From Eledone cirrhosa (taxonomy: Eukaryota): a DNA stretch of 64,000 bases. The stretch lies in contig OZ024755.1 in assembly GCA_964016885.1 (NCBI GenBank), positions 34,038,001 to 34,102,000 of the forward strand, given 5' to 3'. Under the pieces are notes generated by a model. The model did not search any database and was not told the origin of the DNA. It saw only the letters and a list, made by a program, of their open reading frames with translations. Positions 40,048 to 53,838 of the stretch are shown one piece after another (position 1 is the stretch's first letter; each line of letters begins with the position of its first letter). The position numbers were made by a program, and so were the translations under genes.

Positions 40048-43000
40048 CACTGTAAAATGGTCATGCAGGTGTCATGATAAAAAGGCACCCAGTCCACACT
40101 GCAAAGTGGTTGTTTAGGTGTCACAACAAAGAGGCACCCAGTCCACACTGTAAAGTGGTTGTTTAGGTGTCACAACAAAGAGGCACCCAGTCCACACTGT
40201 AAAGTGGTTGTTTAGGTGTCACAACAAAGAGGCACCCAGTACTCACTGTAAAGTGGTTGTTTAGGTGTCACAACAAAGAGGCACCCAGTCCACACTGTAA
40301 AGTGGTCATGTAGGTGTCACAACAAAGAGGTACCCAGTCCACACTGTAAAGTGGTTGTTTAGGTGTCACAACAAATAGGCACCCAGTCCACACTGCAAAG
40401 TGGTTGTTTAGGTGTCACAACAAAGAGGCACCCAGTCCACACTGTAAAGTGGTTGTTTAGGTGTCACAACAAAGAGGCACCCAGTCCACACTGTAAAGTG
40501 GTTGTTTAGGTGTCACAACAAAGAGGCACCCAGTACTCACTGTAAAGTGGTTGTTTAGGTGTCACAACAAAGAGGCACCCAGTCCACACTGTAAAGTGGT
40601 CATGTAGGTGTCACAACAAAGAGGCACCCAGTCCACACTGTAAAGTGGTTGTTTAGGTGTCACAACAAAGAGGCACCCAGTACTCACTGTAAAGTGGTCA
40701 TGTAGGTGTCACAACAAAGAGGCACCCAGTCCACACTGTAAAGTGGTTGTTTAGGTGTCACAACAAAGAGGCACCCAGCCCACACTGTAAAGTGGTTGTT
40801 TAGGTGTCACAACAAAGAGGCACCCAGTCCACACTGTAAAGTGGTTGTTTAGGTATCACAACAAAGAGGCACCCAGTACTCACTGTAAAGTGGTTGTTTA
40901 GGTATCACAACAAAGAGGCACCCAGTACTCACTGTAAAGTGGTTGTTTAGGTATCACAACAAAGAGGCACCCAGTACTCACTGTAAAGTGGTTGTTTAGA
41001 TATCACAACAAAGAGGCACCCAGTCCACACTGTAAAGTGGTTGTTTAGGTGTCACAACAAAGAGGCACCCAGTCCACACTGTAAAGTGGTTGTTTAGGTG
41101 TCACAACAAAGAGGCACCCAGTACTCACTGTAAAGTGGTTGTTTAGGTATCACAACAAAGAGGCACCCAGTACTCACTGTAAAGTGGTTGTTTAGGTGTC
41201 ACAACAAAGAGGCACCCAGTACTCACTGTAAAGTGGTTGTTTAGGTGTCACAACAAAGAGGCACCCAGTCCACACTGTAAAGTGGTTGTTTAGGTGTCAC
41301 AACAAAGAGGCACCCAGTCCACACTGTAAAGTGGTCATGTAGGTGTCACAACAAAGAGGCACCCAGTCCACACTGTAAAGTGGTTGTTTAGGTGTCACAA
41401 CAAAGAGGCACCCAGTACTCACTGTAAAGTGGTTGTTTAGGTATCACAACAAAGAGGCACCCAGTCCACACTGTAAAGTGGTTGTTTAGGTGTCACAACA
41501 AAGAGGCACCCAGTCCACACTGTAAAGTGGTTGTTTAGGTGTCACAACAAAGAGGCACCCAGCCCACACCGTAAAGTGGTTGTTTAGGTGTCACAACAAA
41601 GAGGCACCCAGTCCACACTGTAAAGTGGTTGTTTAGGTATCACAACAAAGAGGCACCCAGTCCACACTGTAAAGTGGTTGTTTAGGTGTCACAACAAAGA
41701 GGCACCCAGTACTCACTGTAAAGTGGTTGTTTAGGTATCACAACAAAGAGGCACCCAGTACTCACTGTAAAGTGGTTGTTTAGGTATCACAACAAAGAGG
41801 CACCCAGTCCACACTGTAAAGTGGTTGTTTAGGTGTCACAACAAAGAGGCACCCAGTCCACACTGTAAAGTGGTTGTTTAGGTGTCACAACAAAGAGGCA
41901 CCCAGTCCACACTGTAAAGTGGTTGTTTAGGTGTCACAACAAAGAGGCACCCAGTCCACACTGTAAAGTGGTCATGTAGGTGTCACAACAAAGAGGCACC
42001 CAGTACTCACTGTAAAGTGGTTGTTTAGGTGTCACAACAAAGAGGCACCCAGTCCACACTGTAAAGTGGTTGCTTAGGTGTCACAACAAAGAGGCACCCA
42101 GTCCACACTGTAAAGTGATTGTTTAGGTGCCACAACAAAGAGGCACCCAGTACTCACTGTAAAGTGGTTGTTTAGGTGTCACAACAAAGAGGCACCCAGT
42201 CCACACCGTAAAGTGGTTGTTTAGGTGTCACAACAAAGAGGCACCCAGTCCACACTGTAAAGTGGTTGTTTAGGTGTCACAACAAAGAGGCACCCAGTCC
42301 ATACTGTAAAGTGGTTGTTTAGGTGTCACAATAAAGAGGCACCCAGTCCACACTGTAAAGTGGTTGTTTAGGTGTCACAACAAAGAGGCACCCAGTCCAC
42401 ACTGTAAAGTGGTTGTTTAGGTGTCACAACAAAGAGGCACCCAGTCCATACTGTAAACTGATTGTTTAGGTGTCACAACAAAGAGGCACCCAGTCCACAC
42501 TGTAAAGTGGTTGTTTAGGTGTCACAACAAAGAGGCACCCAGTCCACACTGTAAAGTGGTCATGTAGGTGTCACAACAAAGAGGCACCCAGTCCACACTG
42601 TAAAGTGGTTGTTTAGGTGTCACAACAAAGAGGCACACAGTACTCACTGTAAAGTGGTTGTTTAGGTGTCACAACAAAGAGGCACCCAGTCCTCACTGTA
42701 AAGTGGTTGTTTAGGTGTCACAACAAAGAGGCACCCAGTCCACACTGTAAAGTGGTTGTTTAGGTGTCACAACAAAGAGGCACCCAGTCCATACTGTAAA
42801 CTGATTGTTTAGGTGTCACAACAAAGAGGCACCCAGTCCACACTGTAAAGTGGTTGTTTAGGTGTCACAACAAAGAGGCACCCAGTCCACACTGTAAAGT
42901 GGTCATGTAGGTGTCACAACAAAGAGGCACCCAGTCCACACTGTAAAGTGGTTGTTTAGGTGTCACAACAAAGAGGCACCCAGTACTCACTGTAAAGTGG

Positions 43001-44020
43001 TTGTTTAGGTGTCACAACAAAGAGGCACCCAGTCCTCACTGTAAAGTGGTTGTTTAGGTGTCACAACAAAGAGGCACCCAGTCCACACTGTAAAGTGGTT
43101 GTTTAGGTGTCACAACAAAGAGGCACCCAGTCCACACTGTAAAGTGGTTGTTTAGGTGTCACAACAAAGAGGCACACTGTAAAGTGGTTGTTTAGGTGTC
43201 ACAACAAAGAGGCACCCAGTCCACACTGTAAAGTGGTTGTTTAGGTGTCACAACAAAGAGGCACCCAGTCCACACTGTAAAGTGGTTGTTTAGGTGTCAC
43301 AACAAAGAGGCACCCAGTCCACACTGTAAAGTGGTTGTTTAGGTGTCACAACAAAGAGGCACCCAGTACTCACTGTAAAGTGGTTGTTTAGGTGTCACAA
43401 CAAAGAGGCACCCAGCCCACACTGTAAAGTGGTTGTTTAGGTGTCACAACAAAGAGGCACCCAGTCCACACTGTAAAGTGGTTGTTTAGGTGTCACAACA
43501 AAGAGGCACCCAGTCCACACTGTAAAGTGGTTGTTTAGGTGTCACAACAAAGAGGCACCCAGTACTCACTGTAAAGTGGTTGTTTAGGTGTCACAACAAA
43601 GAGGCACCCAGCCCACACTGTAAAGTGGTTGTTTAGGTGTCACAACAAAGAGGCACCCAGCCCACACTGTAAAGTGGTTGTTTAGGTGTCACAACAAAGA
43701 GGCACCCAGTCCACACTGTAAAGTGGTTGTTTAGGTGTCACAACAAAGAGGCACCCAGCCCACACTGTAAAGTGGTTGTATAGGTGTCACAACAAAGAGG
43801 CACCCAGTACTCACTGTAAAGTGGTTGTTTAGGTGTCACAACAAAGAGGCACCCAGTCCACACTGTAAAGTGGTTGTTTAGGTGTCACAACAAAGAGGCA
43901 CCCAGTACTCACTGTAAAGTGGTTGTTTAGGTATCACAACAATAAGGCACCCAGTCCACACTGTCAAGTGGTCATGTAGGTGTCATGACAAAAAGGCACC
44001 CAGTCCTCACTGTAAATGAG
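40048..44020 (+). repeat. 49-bp satellite, ~80 copies, inside a family A/RTE-3'UTR-like element
   Basis: Unit aaagaggcacccagtccacactgtaaagtggttgtttaggtgtcacaac. It continues directly into gaggttggtgttaggaagagcatccagctg… and the (GAT)n tail at ~44190. Confidence 0.97.
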
Positions 44021-45769
44021 GTTGGTGTTAGGAAGAGCATCCAGCTGTAGAAGTCAAGCCAAAATCAGTTCCCGTATGAGCAAGACATGGTAACCTGACC
44101 AGGCATTTCCCAAAACAGGACAACTCATCTAACCCATGCTAGTGTGGAAGAATGGACGTAAAACGGTGAAGATGATGATAATGATGATGATTTCTGTATC
44201 ATATTGCAATTGAACAAGGTTGTCTGGACTTAGAATAAATTTTGAAATTATTTTCTCTTATAAGCTAAATGAAAGAACTGATACAGATAAAAGAAAACAC
44301 GTTTCTTTGAGGCCATTTAATGTCTTTTCATTCTCATAATCTATATATTCTTTCTTTCAAACAATAAATATTCCAAGCTCAGCAGGTATAGATGCATATT
44401 TAATGCAGTATTCTGCATGTCATGTGGTGTAGCATTATTTTTCAACAATAATTAATAACTAATGTTTTATAGGTAGCCATGGCATTCTCTTCTCGAAATG
44501 CAAGAATTTAGCTTCATTTAGTGGCTTTGTTGCATTTAAAAGCTTTTAAATAACATTGACTAACATGAATCAGTGAACATACCTATTATTGGATTAATAA
44601 TGTATTTTCAATTGTAAATCGTAAATATCATTTTGATACGCTTATAAAATGTAGAAGAATTTTGACAAAATAAAACAGATTTCATTTGATGTCAGTACAA
44701 AAATGATACCGTGTGGTTTTAACAGCAAAGTATTTGTGATAATGTATATTATTTTATCATTATTATTGTTGTTGCTGTTGTTATAAATTATTTGTATTAT
44801 TATTAACTTTTCATTTAATTTCTAATCATGATCATATATTGAAAATATTCTCTCTGAAGAATCCAGCTGGTTTCACTTCCCCTTTTAACAAAATAATAAC
44901 GGTAAGTTACAATTTTGTTTTAGATTTTTGTTTTTATTTTACTGTCATTATTTTTTTTTGTCTAATTTTTCTTTTTTTTTTTTCCTTTCCAATTTCTAAT
45001 TTACATCAACAGAAAATATAACTGATGTCAAATGGATAGTTTTGAAAAGCAACATGTATTTGCAGTGATATGAAATATAAAAGCCGAACATGGATATTAT
45101 TCTGTTTTTAGAAGCAATTTACGATAGGGGTTTTATCAGAGTATTAAGGGAGATTAATACTGCAATCATTGGTTTATCCAGTAAAGTCAAAGTCTTTGTC
45201 TCTTCTCGTTTGTGGCAGCAGATCTGAGATTAGTGTTTGGTAGAGTGCAGAGAACCATATCTACACTTGGTGGGCTTGCCAGACTATTTGGCGTCTTCAT
45301 GCTGATTCTTATATCTAACTGGCAGACAATTAGCTTTAAGTGGTTCTGTGAATGAATGTGCATATCTGAGTAAGTGTATCAGTGCATATATATATGTACA
45401 TGCCCAAATTTATATGCTATGCACATATTATCATACAGAACCACACACAGATATTTGCACACATTGCGCACAAGAATACAGTCTCCATTTCTACCTTGTC
45501 TTCTTATTCCACAACAACACCATCCCTTATGAAATACTATGATAAATAAAAACAACCACGTAATCAACACCACCACCACACCAACAATAACCACCCCACA
45601 ACCAAAACTCACCAACAAATAAGTACTACCATCTAATACCAGCAGAACTATCATCACTAATAACCTAGCAACAATCACTAACTTAAACACCACCTGAAGG
45701 TTCTGTATAGTACCCAGTACCATCAACACCATCAACACTATCCCATCCACCAATGGCACCATAAACACC

Positions 45770-46290
45770 AACACCACCACCATCACTAGCACCACCCCGA
45801 CACAACCACATCCATCACCACCACTAGCTCCACAACCACAATGACCACCACCACCACCACCACCACAACTAACACCACAATCACGACCACCACTACTAGC
45901 ACCATAACCACGATGACCACCACCACCACCACAACCACCACCAGCACCCCAACCACCGCCACCACCACCATCACTAGCACAACAACCACATCCATCACCA
46001 CCAGTAGCTCCACAACCACGATGACCACTACTATCACTACCACCACTACTAGCACCTCGACCACCACTACTAGCACCTCAACCACCACCACCACCACCAT
46101 CACTAGCACAACAACCACATCCATCACCACCAGTAGCTCCACAACCACGATGACCACTACTATCACTACCACCATATCCACCACGACCACGACCATGACC
46201 ACCACTACTAGCACCTCAACCACCACCACCACCGTCACTAGCAGAGACAACCACATCTACCACAACCACCATCACTCCGACACCACCACC
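45770..46290. repeat. (ACC)n-based degenerate repeat with ~120-bp internal duplication
   Basis: accatcactagcacaacaaccacatccatcaccaccagtagctccacaaccacgatgaccac is repeated. Confidence 0.8.
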
Positions 46291-46709
46291 CAGCACATTA
46301 GAAGTCGAAAGCAGCTGCAACAGTAATACCAATAATACCAAAATCACAATGTTACATGTACATTCTGTTTATATCTCTCTTTCTCCCCCCCCCCCCCTCC
46401 CATCACCATCATTCCAATCCTCCTCACCACCCTTACCTTACTATCAGTAAGTAATAACAACAGTTTCACCACCAGGTTTATCACATTAATACTTTAATAC
46501 ACTTGACAGGTGGAAATAACTGCTCTGACGTCTTACTTTTTGAAAATTAATTTAGTATATATTTTTTTTAAAACAACATTATTTTGTTTAAAGACTTTTT
46601 TATGCAAACTCCCTATTCTTGTGTCTGTATATTTATTTCACTTTATTTCCTTATCTATTGGATACAGCTTCACATAATTATGAGATAGTATATACAGGAA
46701 CACTAACAG

Positions 46710-48452
46710 ACATATACAAACATATACAATCACATACACACACAGAGGCAAACATACACAGAAAGACTTACACACACACACACAAACATATTTACACACA
46801 TAGAAGCAAACAAACACATACATGGAGGGAAACATTCACAGAAACACATATACACACACAAACATATTCACACACAGAGGCAAACATACACAGAAACACA
46901 CACACACAAACATATTTACACACATAGAAGCAAACACATACAAGGAGAGAAACATTCACAGAAACACATATACACACACAAACATATTCACACACAGAGG
47001 CAAACATACACAGAAACACATACACACACACAAACATATTCACACACAGAGGCAAACACACAGAAACACACACACACACACAACATATTCACACACAGAG
47101 GCAAATATACACAGAAACACACACACACACAAAGATATTCACACACAGAGGCAAACATACACAGAAACACATATACACAGACAAACACATACACACACAG
47201 AGGCAAACATACACAGAAACACACAAACACATACACAGAAACGCGCACACATACACAGAAACGCGCACACACACACACACACATTCACACACATAGAGGC
47301 AAACACATACACGCAGGCAAACATATACAAACACACATATATACACAAACACACATAGAGGCAAACATACATACATACACATATACAAACACACATACAC
47401 AAACACATTCACACACAGAGGCAAACATATATACACATATATACACACACACACAGACAAAGGTAAACATACACACGCAGGCAAACACATATACAAACAC
47501 ACATATATACACAAACACACAGAGCAAACATACATACATACACATATACAAACACACAAACACATTCACACACAGAGGCAAACATATATACACATATATA
47601 CACACACACACAGACAAAGGTAAACATACACATGCAGGCAAACATATACAAACACACATATATACACACACACACATAGAGGCAAACATACATACATACA
47701 CATATACAAACACACATACACAAACACATTCACACACAGAGGCAAACATATATACACATATATACACACACACAGAGACAAAGGTAAACATACATACGCA
47801 GGCAAACACATATACAAACACACATATATACACAAACACACAGAGCAAACATACATACATACACATATACAAACACACACACACAAACACATTCACACAC
47901 AGAGGCAAACATATATACACATATATACACACACACACAGACAAAGGTAAACATACACATGCAGGCAAACATATACAAACACACATATATACACACACAC
48001 ACATAGAGGCAAACATACATACATACACATATACAAACACACATACACAAACACATTCACACACAGAGGCAAACATATATACACATATATACACACACAC
48101 AGAGACAAAGGTAAACATACATACGCAGGCAAACACATATACAAACACACATATATACACAAACACACATAGAGGCAAACATACATACATACACAAACAC
48201 ACATACACAAACACATTCACACACAGAGGCAAACATATATACACATATATACACACACACACAGACAAAGGTAAACATACACACGCAGGCAAACACATAT
48301 ACAAACACACATATATACACAAACACACATAGAGGCAAACATACATACATACACATATACAAACACATTCACACACAGAGGCAAACATACACACACACAA
48401 AAACACACACACACATACACACACAGAGGCGTACACACACCCACACACACAC
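46710..48452. repeat. (CA)-rich compound satellite with ~160-bp higher-order unit
   Basis: cacattcacacacagaggcaaacatat…gacaaaggtaaacat recurs every ~157-164 bp from ~47400 to 48370. Confidence 0.9.
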
Positions 48453-49204
48453 CAGTACCTGATTAATGAAATCAATGTTTCGTTCTTTTATTTCATTATC
48501 AAAAACTTTGCTATCAGAAGAAAGTAAAACAGTTTTTATGCAGACAAATTCTTTTAATTATTGGTATATATATATATAATATATATATATATATATTTAT
48601 GTATGTATGTATGTATGTATATATATATATATATATATATATAGTAAGTCAAGAAACTATCCTTTGAATGAAATTATACGTACTTCAATTGAAAATAAAT
48701 AAATACTTTCTTTAGTTCATGCAACAAGTAAAAAAACCATCATCGTTTATATAACAACATTTCCATGTTGGAATGGGTTGGATAGGATATTCTGAGGCAG
48801 TGTTTTTTATCAAGATGTTTCTCCTAGTGCCAACTCATTTAGTTATCTCTTACAACACCCAGAGACATGGTATGCATATTCGAAAAAGGTTTTGATGTTT
48901 ATGAGTCTCTTTAGATAGTAAATTTGAAGAGACTTCTTTAAACCTTTAGCAGTTAAACCGGCCATATCTAGCCAGAATTCTCTCACATCTTTCTCTTCAA
49001 ACTGGCCAAAAATGGCCACTTATGTCAACGCTTAGGTATCGTTCTCAAAATAAATATCAAAATCTCAGATTCGATATTATGTGAAATAATTATGTAAGAT
49101 AGAGCTTTTACTATGAATTTGCAGGCAGATATATATATGTATATATCATTATCATGATATGTGCATGTATATATATGTATATTATACTGGTACCACAAAA
49201 CATT

Positions 49205-50670
49205 TAGCCCACATTGTAAAGTGGTTGTGTAGGTGACATAACAAAAAGCACCTAGTCCACACTATAAAGTGGTTGTGTAGGTGTCACGACAAAAAGCACC
49301 CAGCCCAAACTGTAAAGTGGTTGTGTAGGTGTCACAACAAAAAGCACCCAGCCCGAACTGTAAAGTGGTTGTGTAGGTGTCCCAACAAAAAACACCCAGC
49401 CCAAACTGTAAAGTGGTTGTGTAGGTGTCACGACAAAAAGCCCCCAGCCCAAACTGTAAAGTGGTTGTGTAGGTGTCACGACAAAAAGCACCCAGCCCAA
49501 ACTGTAAAGTGGTTGTGTAGGTGTCACGACAAAAAGCACCCAGCCCGAACTGTAAAGTGGTTCTGTAGGTGTCACAACAAAAAGCACCCAGGCCGAACTG
49601 TAAAGTGGTTGTGTAGGTGTCCCAACAAAAAGCACCCAGCCCAAACTGTAAAGTGGTTGTGTAGGTGTCACAACAAAAAGCACCCAGCCCAAACAGTAAA
49701 GTGGTTGTGTAGGTGTCACAACAAAAAGCACCCAGCCCAAACAGTAAAGTGGTTGTGTAGGTTACACGGCAAAAAGCACCCAGCCCGAACTGTAAAGTGG
49801 TTGTGTAGGTGTCACGACAAAAAGCACCCAGCCCAAACTGTAAAGTGGTTGTGTAGGTTACACGGCAAAAAGCACCCAGCCCGAACTGTAAAGTGGTTGT
49901 GTAGGTGTCACAACAAAAAACACCCAGCCCAAACTGTAAAGTGGTTGTGTAGGTGTCACAACAAAAAGCACCCAGCCCAAACAGTAAAGTGGTTGTGTAG
50001 GTGTCACAACAAAAAGCACCCAGCCCGAACAGTAAAGTGGTTGTGTAGGTTACACGGCAAAAAGCACCCAGCCCGAACTGTAAAGTGGTTGTGTAGGTGT
50101 TACAACAAAAAACACCCAGCCCGAACTGTAAAGTGGTTGTGTAGGTGTCACAACAAAAAGCACCCAGCCCAAACTGTAAAGTGGTTGTGTAGGTGTCACA
50201 ACAAAAAGCACCCAGCCCAAACTGTAAAGTGGTTGTGTAGGTGTCACAACAAAAAGCACCCAGCCCAAGCAGTTAAGTGGTTGTGTAGGTGTCACAACAA
50301 AAAGCACCCAGCCCGAACTGTAAAGTGGTTGTGTAGGTGTCACAACAAAAAAGCACCCAGGCCGAACTGTAAAGTGGTTGTGTAGGTGTCACAACAAAAA
50401 GCACCCAGCCCGAACTGTAAAGTGGTTGTGTAGGTGTCACAACAAAAAGCACCCAGCCCAAACAGTAAAGTGGTTGTGTAGGTTACACGGCAAAAAGCAC
50501 CCAGCCCGAACTGTAAAGTGGTTGTGTAGGTGTCACAACAAAAAACACCCAGCCCAAACTGTAAAGTGGTTGTGTAGGTGTCACAACAAAAAGCACCCAG
50601 CCCGAACTGTAAAGTGGTTGTGTAGGCTACACGGCAAAAAGCACCCAGCCCGAACTGTAAAGTGGACATG
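49205..50670 (+). repeat. 48-bp satellite, ~30 copies, inside a family A/RTE-3'UTR-like element
   Basis: Unit aaaaagcacccagcccaaactgtaaagtggttgtgtaggtgtcacaac, followed by a diverged element tail to ~50870. Confidence 0.97.
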
Positions 50671-51060
50671 CAAAAGATCCAGCAAAAAACACCCACCACA
50701 GACTGTAAATGTGGTTGGTGTGAGGAAGGGCATTTGGCTCTAGAACACCAGCCAGAAACTCTCCTATATGAGCTAGACACAGTCACCCGACCCAACTTGC
50801 CTCTAAATAGGACAAACCCATCAAACCCATGGTAGTGTGGAAGATAGACAATGATGATAACGATGATGATACTATAGTAAACATAAAGTAATACAGATGC
50901 TAAATGGTTAAACCAAAACTCTGAAGTTACTGCTATCTTTTTCTTTAAAAAAACATGAAAACAAACTACTCATGTATATTGAGTGTTAATTCAGTTAAGA
51001 TTTAACCATTTGTGTTTTCACATAAAACTCCTCCTTCGATATATACCCTTGAATTATATA

Positions 51061-51119
<59 letters not shown>

Positions 51120-51255
51120 CCAAAAGTTTAACAAGGTTCATTGATTAATCAATGAATAAAGTTTTACAATAGCTTAGAAGCACTCAACAAATAGGTTTTC
51201 TGGAGTTATTAATATTAATTCAAAATATTAATATAGATATTTATGTGATCAAATA

Positions 51256-51321
51256 TATTTTATTATACATATTTCAGAGGTACTGAGCTAATTCATCAGT
51301 ACGTCCTCATCAGATAAAATA
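51256..51321 (-). ncRNA. Type-I hammerhead ribozyme (inverted pair 1, left)
   Basis: Minus strand: TATTTTAT-CTGATGA-ggac-GTACTGA-tgaattagc-TCAGTAC-ctct-GAAA-tatgta-TA-ATAAAATA. 8-bp stem I, triplet AUA. Confidence 0.75.
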
Positions 51322-51390
51322 AATTGATATGCTGATGGTTCAATTCTAGTCTTGGCAGTCAGCACAGTCGAGGTATGTCAGACATCAATT

Positions 51391-51456
51391 TATTTTATCT
51401 GATGAGGACGTACTGATGAATTAGCTCAGTACCTCTGAAATATGTATAATAACATA
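51391..51456 (+). ncRNA. Type-I hammerhead ribozyme (inverted pair 1, right)
   Basis: Same motif on the plus strand, with one mismatch in stem I. Confidence 0.72.
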
Positions 51457-51508
51457 TATTTGATGAATGTCTATATTTATTAATATTTTGAAGTAATATA
51501 TATATATA

Positions 51509-51838
51509 CTCAGCTGTAGAAATGAGATGATAGGACTGGGGTCCCTATCATTCCACTGCAAAGTGGTCGTGGAGGTGACACGGCAAAAAAGCACCCAGCC
51601 CACACTGTAAAGTGGATGTGTAGGCGCCACGGATAAAAACAAAAATAAAAGCACCCAGCACTCACTGTAAATGAGGTTGGTGTTAGGAAGAGCATCCAGC
51701 TGTAGAAATCAAGCCAGAATCAGTCCCCGTATGAGCAAGACAAGGTCAGCCGACCGGACACTGCCCACAACAGGACAACCCACCCATCTAACCCATGCTA
51801 GCGTGGAAGGACGGACGTAAAACGGTGATGATGATGAT
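51509..51838 (+). mobile_element. 5'-truncated SINE family A with (GAT)n tail
   Basis: Body and tail match 24417-24795 and 44020-44190. Confidence 0.85.
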
Positions 51839-51861
51839 ATATATAATTATATATATATATA

Positions 51862-51947
<86 letters not shown>

Positions 51948-52055
51948 ATATATATATTTAAAAGTTAAACAAGGTTCAATGAATAAATCAAAGAATGAGT
52001 TTTACAATAGATTGGAAGCACTGAACAGTAAAGGTTTTCCAGAGTTATTAATATT

Positions 52056-52379
52056 AATTCAAAATATTAACAAAATAGATATTCTTGTGATCAATTATAT
52101 TTTATTATACATATTTCAGAGGTACTGAGTTAAGTTCAACAGTACGTCCTCATCAGATAAAATAAGATGATGCAGAGACATACCCTGACATAGTAGATGG
52201 TTAAGATTCAGATACTACCATGACTGAATCTTAATCATCTACTATGTCAGGGTATGTCTCTGCATCATCTTATTTTATCTGATGAGGACGTAATGTTGAA
52301 CTTAACTCAGTACCTCTGAAAGATGTATAATAAAATATAATTGATCACAAGAATATCTATTTTGTTAATATTTTGAATT
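52056..52379. repeat. Near-perfect palindrome (~156-bp arms, 12-nt loop) with two divergent hammerheads (52098-52164 minus, 52271-52337 plus)
   Basis: aattcaaaatattaac…aagattcag-atactaccatga-ctgaatctt…gttaatattttgaatt. Each arm reads TATTTTAT-CTGATGA…GAAA…TA-ATAAAATA outward. Confidence 0.9.
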
Positions 52380-52380
52380 T

Positions 52381-52449
<69 letters not shown>

Positions 52450-52584
52450 ATATATTATATATATAATATATATACATATATATATATATCCAGGGAGTGT
52501 AACACGGAGTTACTGTAGGTTCACCCAGATGAGCACTCGCTGTTTAGGTTTACTTCAGTGTCGAGGTGTAGAGCTAGACAGAGT

Positions 52585-53116
52585 AATAATGGTTTCTTAT
52601 TTAGGCACAAGACCAGCAATTTTGGGGGGAGGGAAAAGTCGATGAAATTGACCCCAGTGCGTGACTGGTACTTTATTTAATCGACCCCGTAAGGATGAAA
52701 GGCAAAGTTAACCTCGGCGGGATTTGAACTCAGATCATAAAGGGCCGTAACTCTATGCGGCAAAGCATGGCGTCCAACCCTCTACCGGTACTGCCAATCC
52801 ATCACCCTAGACAGTAATAATACAACAGGGATGAATGGTTACTTCATATAGCGAAATGTGCATCACCAACCAATAAATGTAATGAAGGAGTAACCATTCA
52901 TCCTTGTTGTATATATATATATATAGGGCGGTGAATTGGCAGTATCGGTAGAGGGTCGGACACCATGCTTTGACGCATAGAGTTACGGCCCTTGCCATCC
53001 TGAGTTCAAATCCCGCCGAGGTTAACTTTGCCTTTCATCCTTACGGGGTCGATAAAATAAAGTACCAGTAATGTACTGGGTAATTGCTGGCCTTGTGCCA
53101 ATAGTAGAAACAATTA
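52585..53116. mobile_element. Head-to-head pair of family B SINEs (52585-52806 minus; 52926-53116 plus)
   Basis: Both copies have the tRNA-like head and Meta-like domain; they are ~120 bp apart. Confidence 0.85.
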
Positions 53117-53124
53117 TATATATA

Positions 53125-53838
53125 TATGGACACGTGATGCGCATGAAAGACGACAGCTGTATAAAAAAGTGCAGGGCGATAAAAATATACGGTAGCCACG
53201 GAGTAGGCAGACCCAGAAAAACCTGGGATGACTTGATAAATTCTGACCTCACACACTTACACCTCTCCAAGACAATGTCACTGGATCAAGATCTTTGGCG
53301 GTACTCAGTAATAGAGAAGACCCGCCTTACCTAAATACAAAGTAAAACCTACTACAGTCAGTAGGCACCTCTAACAAAATACACCCCCGTCCCACTACCC
53401 CCACCCCATCCACACCACCCCTTTCAATGTGAAGTTATGTTGGTGCCACAACATCCAGGCTGAAACAAATGAGATCGTGTAGGTGTCACGACAAAAAAAC
53501 ACACAGTCCACGCTGTAATGTGGCCGTGTAGGCAACACAGTAAAAACCTCCCAGCCCCACACTGTAAACGTGGTTGGTGTTAGGAAGGGCATCCAGCTGT
53601 AGAAAACCCACCAGACAGTCCACGCTGTAATGTGGCCATGTAGGTAACACGGTAAAAACCTCCCAGCCCACACTGTAAATGTGGTTGGTGTTAGGAAGAG
53701 CATCCAGCCGTAGAAAACCCGCCAGACAATCCTATGCGAGCAAGACAACCACTCTTGCCTCAAGTGGGAAAACTCCCGTCCAAACCCATGCAAGCGTGGA
53801 AGATGGACGTTAAACGATGATCATGATGATGATGATGA
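53125..53838 (+). mobile_element. 5'-truncated RTE-clade LINE, same family as 36133-36973
   Basis: YGHVMRMKDDSCIKKCRAIKIYGSHGVGRPRKTWDDLINSDL…EKTRLT* (stop at 53334), 3'UTR with a ~120-bp internal duplication, (GAT)n tail. Confidence 0.9.

Noticed and set aside
40048-44020. Long regular array as a CRISPR or coding repeat
   Set aside because: Head-to-tail units with no spacers, a 49-bp period that is not a multiple of 3, and a retroposon-derived unit.
45841-46326. Thr-rich mucin-like ORF
   Set aside because: Degenerate (ACC)n repeat, also open on the opposite strand, with no supporting exon context. It cannot be fully excluded without RNA-seq.
49273-50385. 370-aa Cys/His/Lys repeat ORF resembling a metal-binding protein
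   Set aside because: In-frame only because the satellite unit is 48 bp. It frameshifts at ~50350, and the unit is retroposon 3' sequence.
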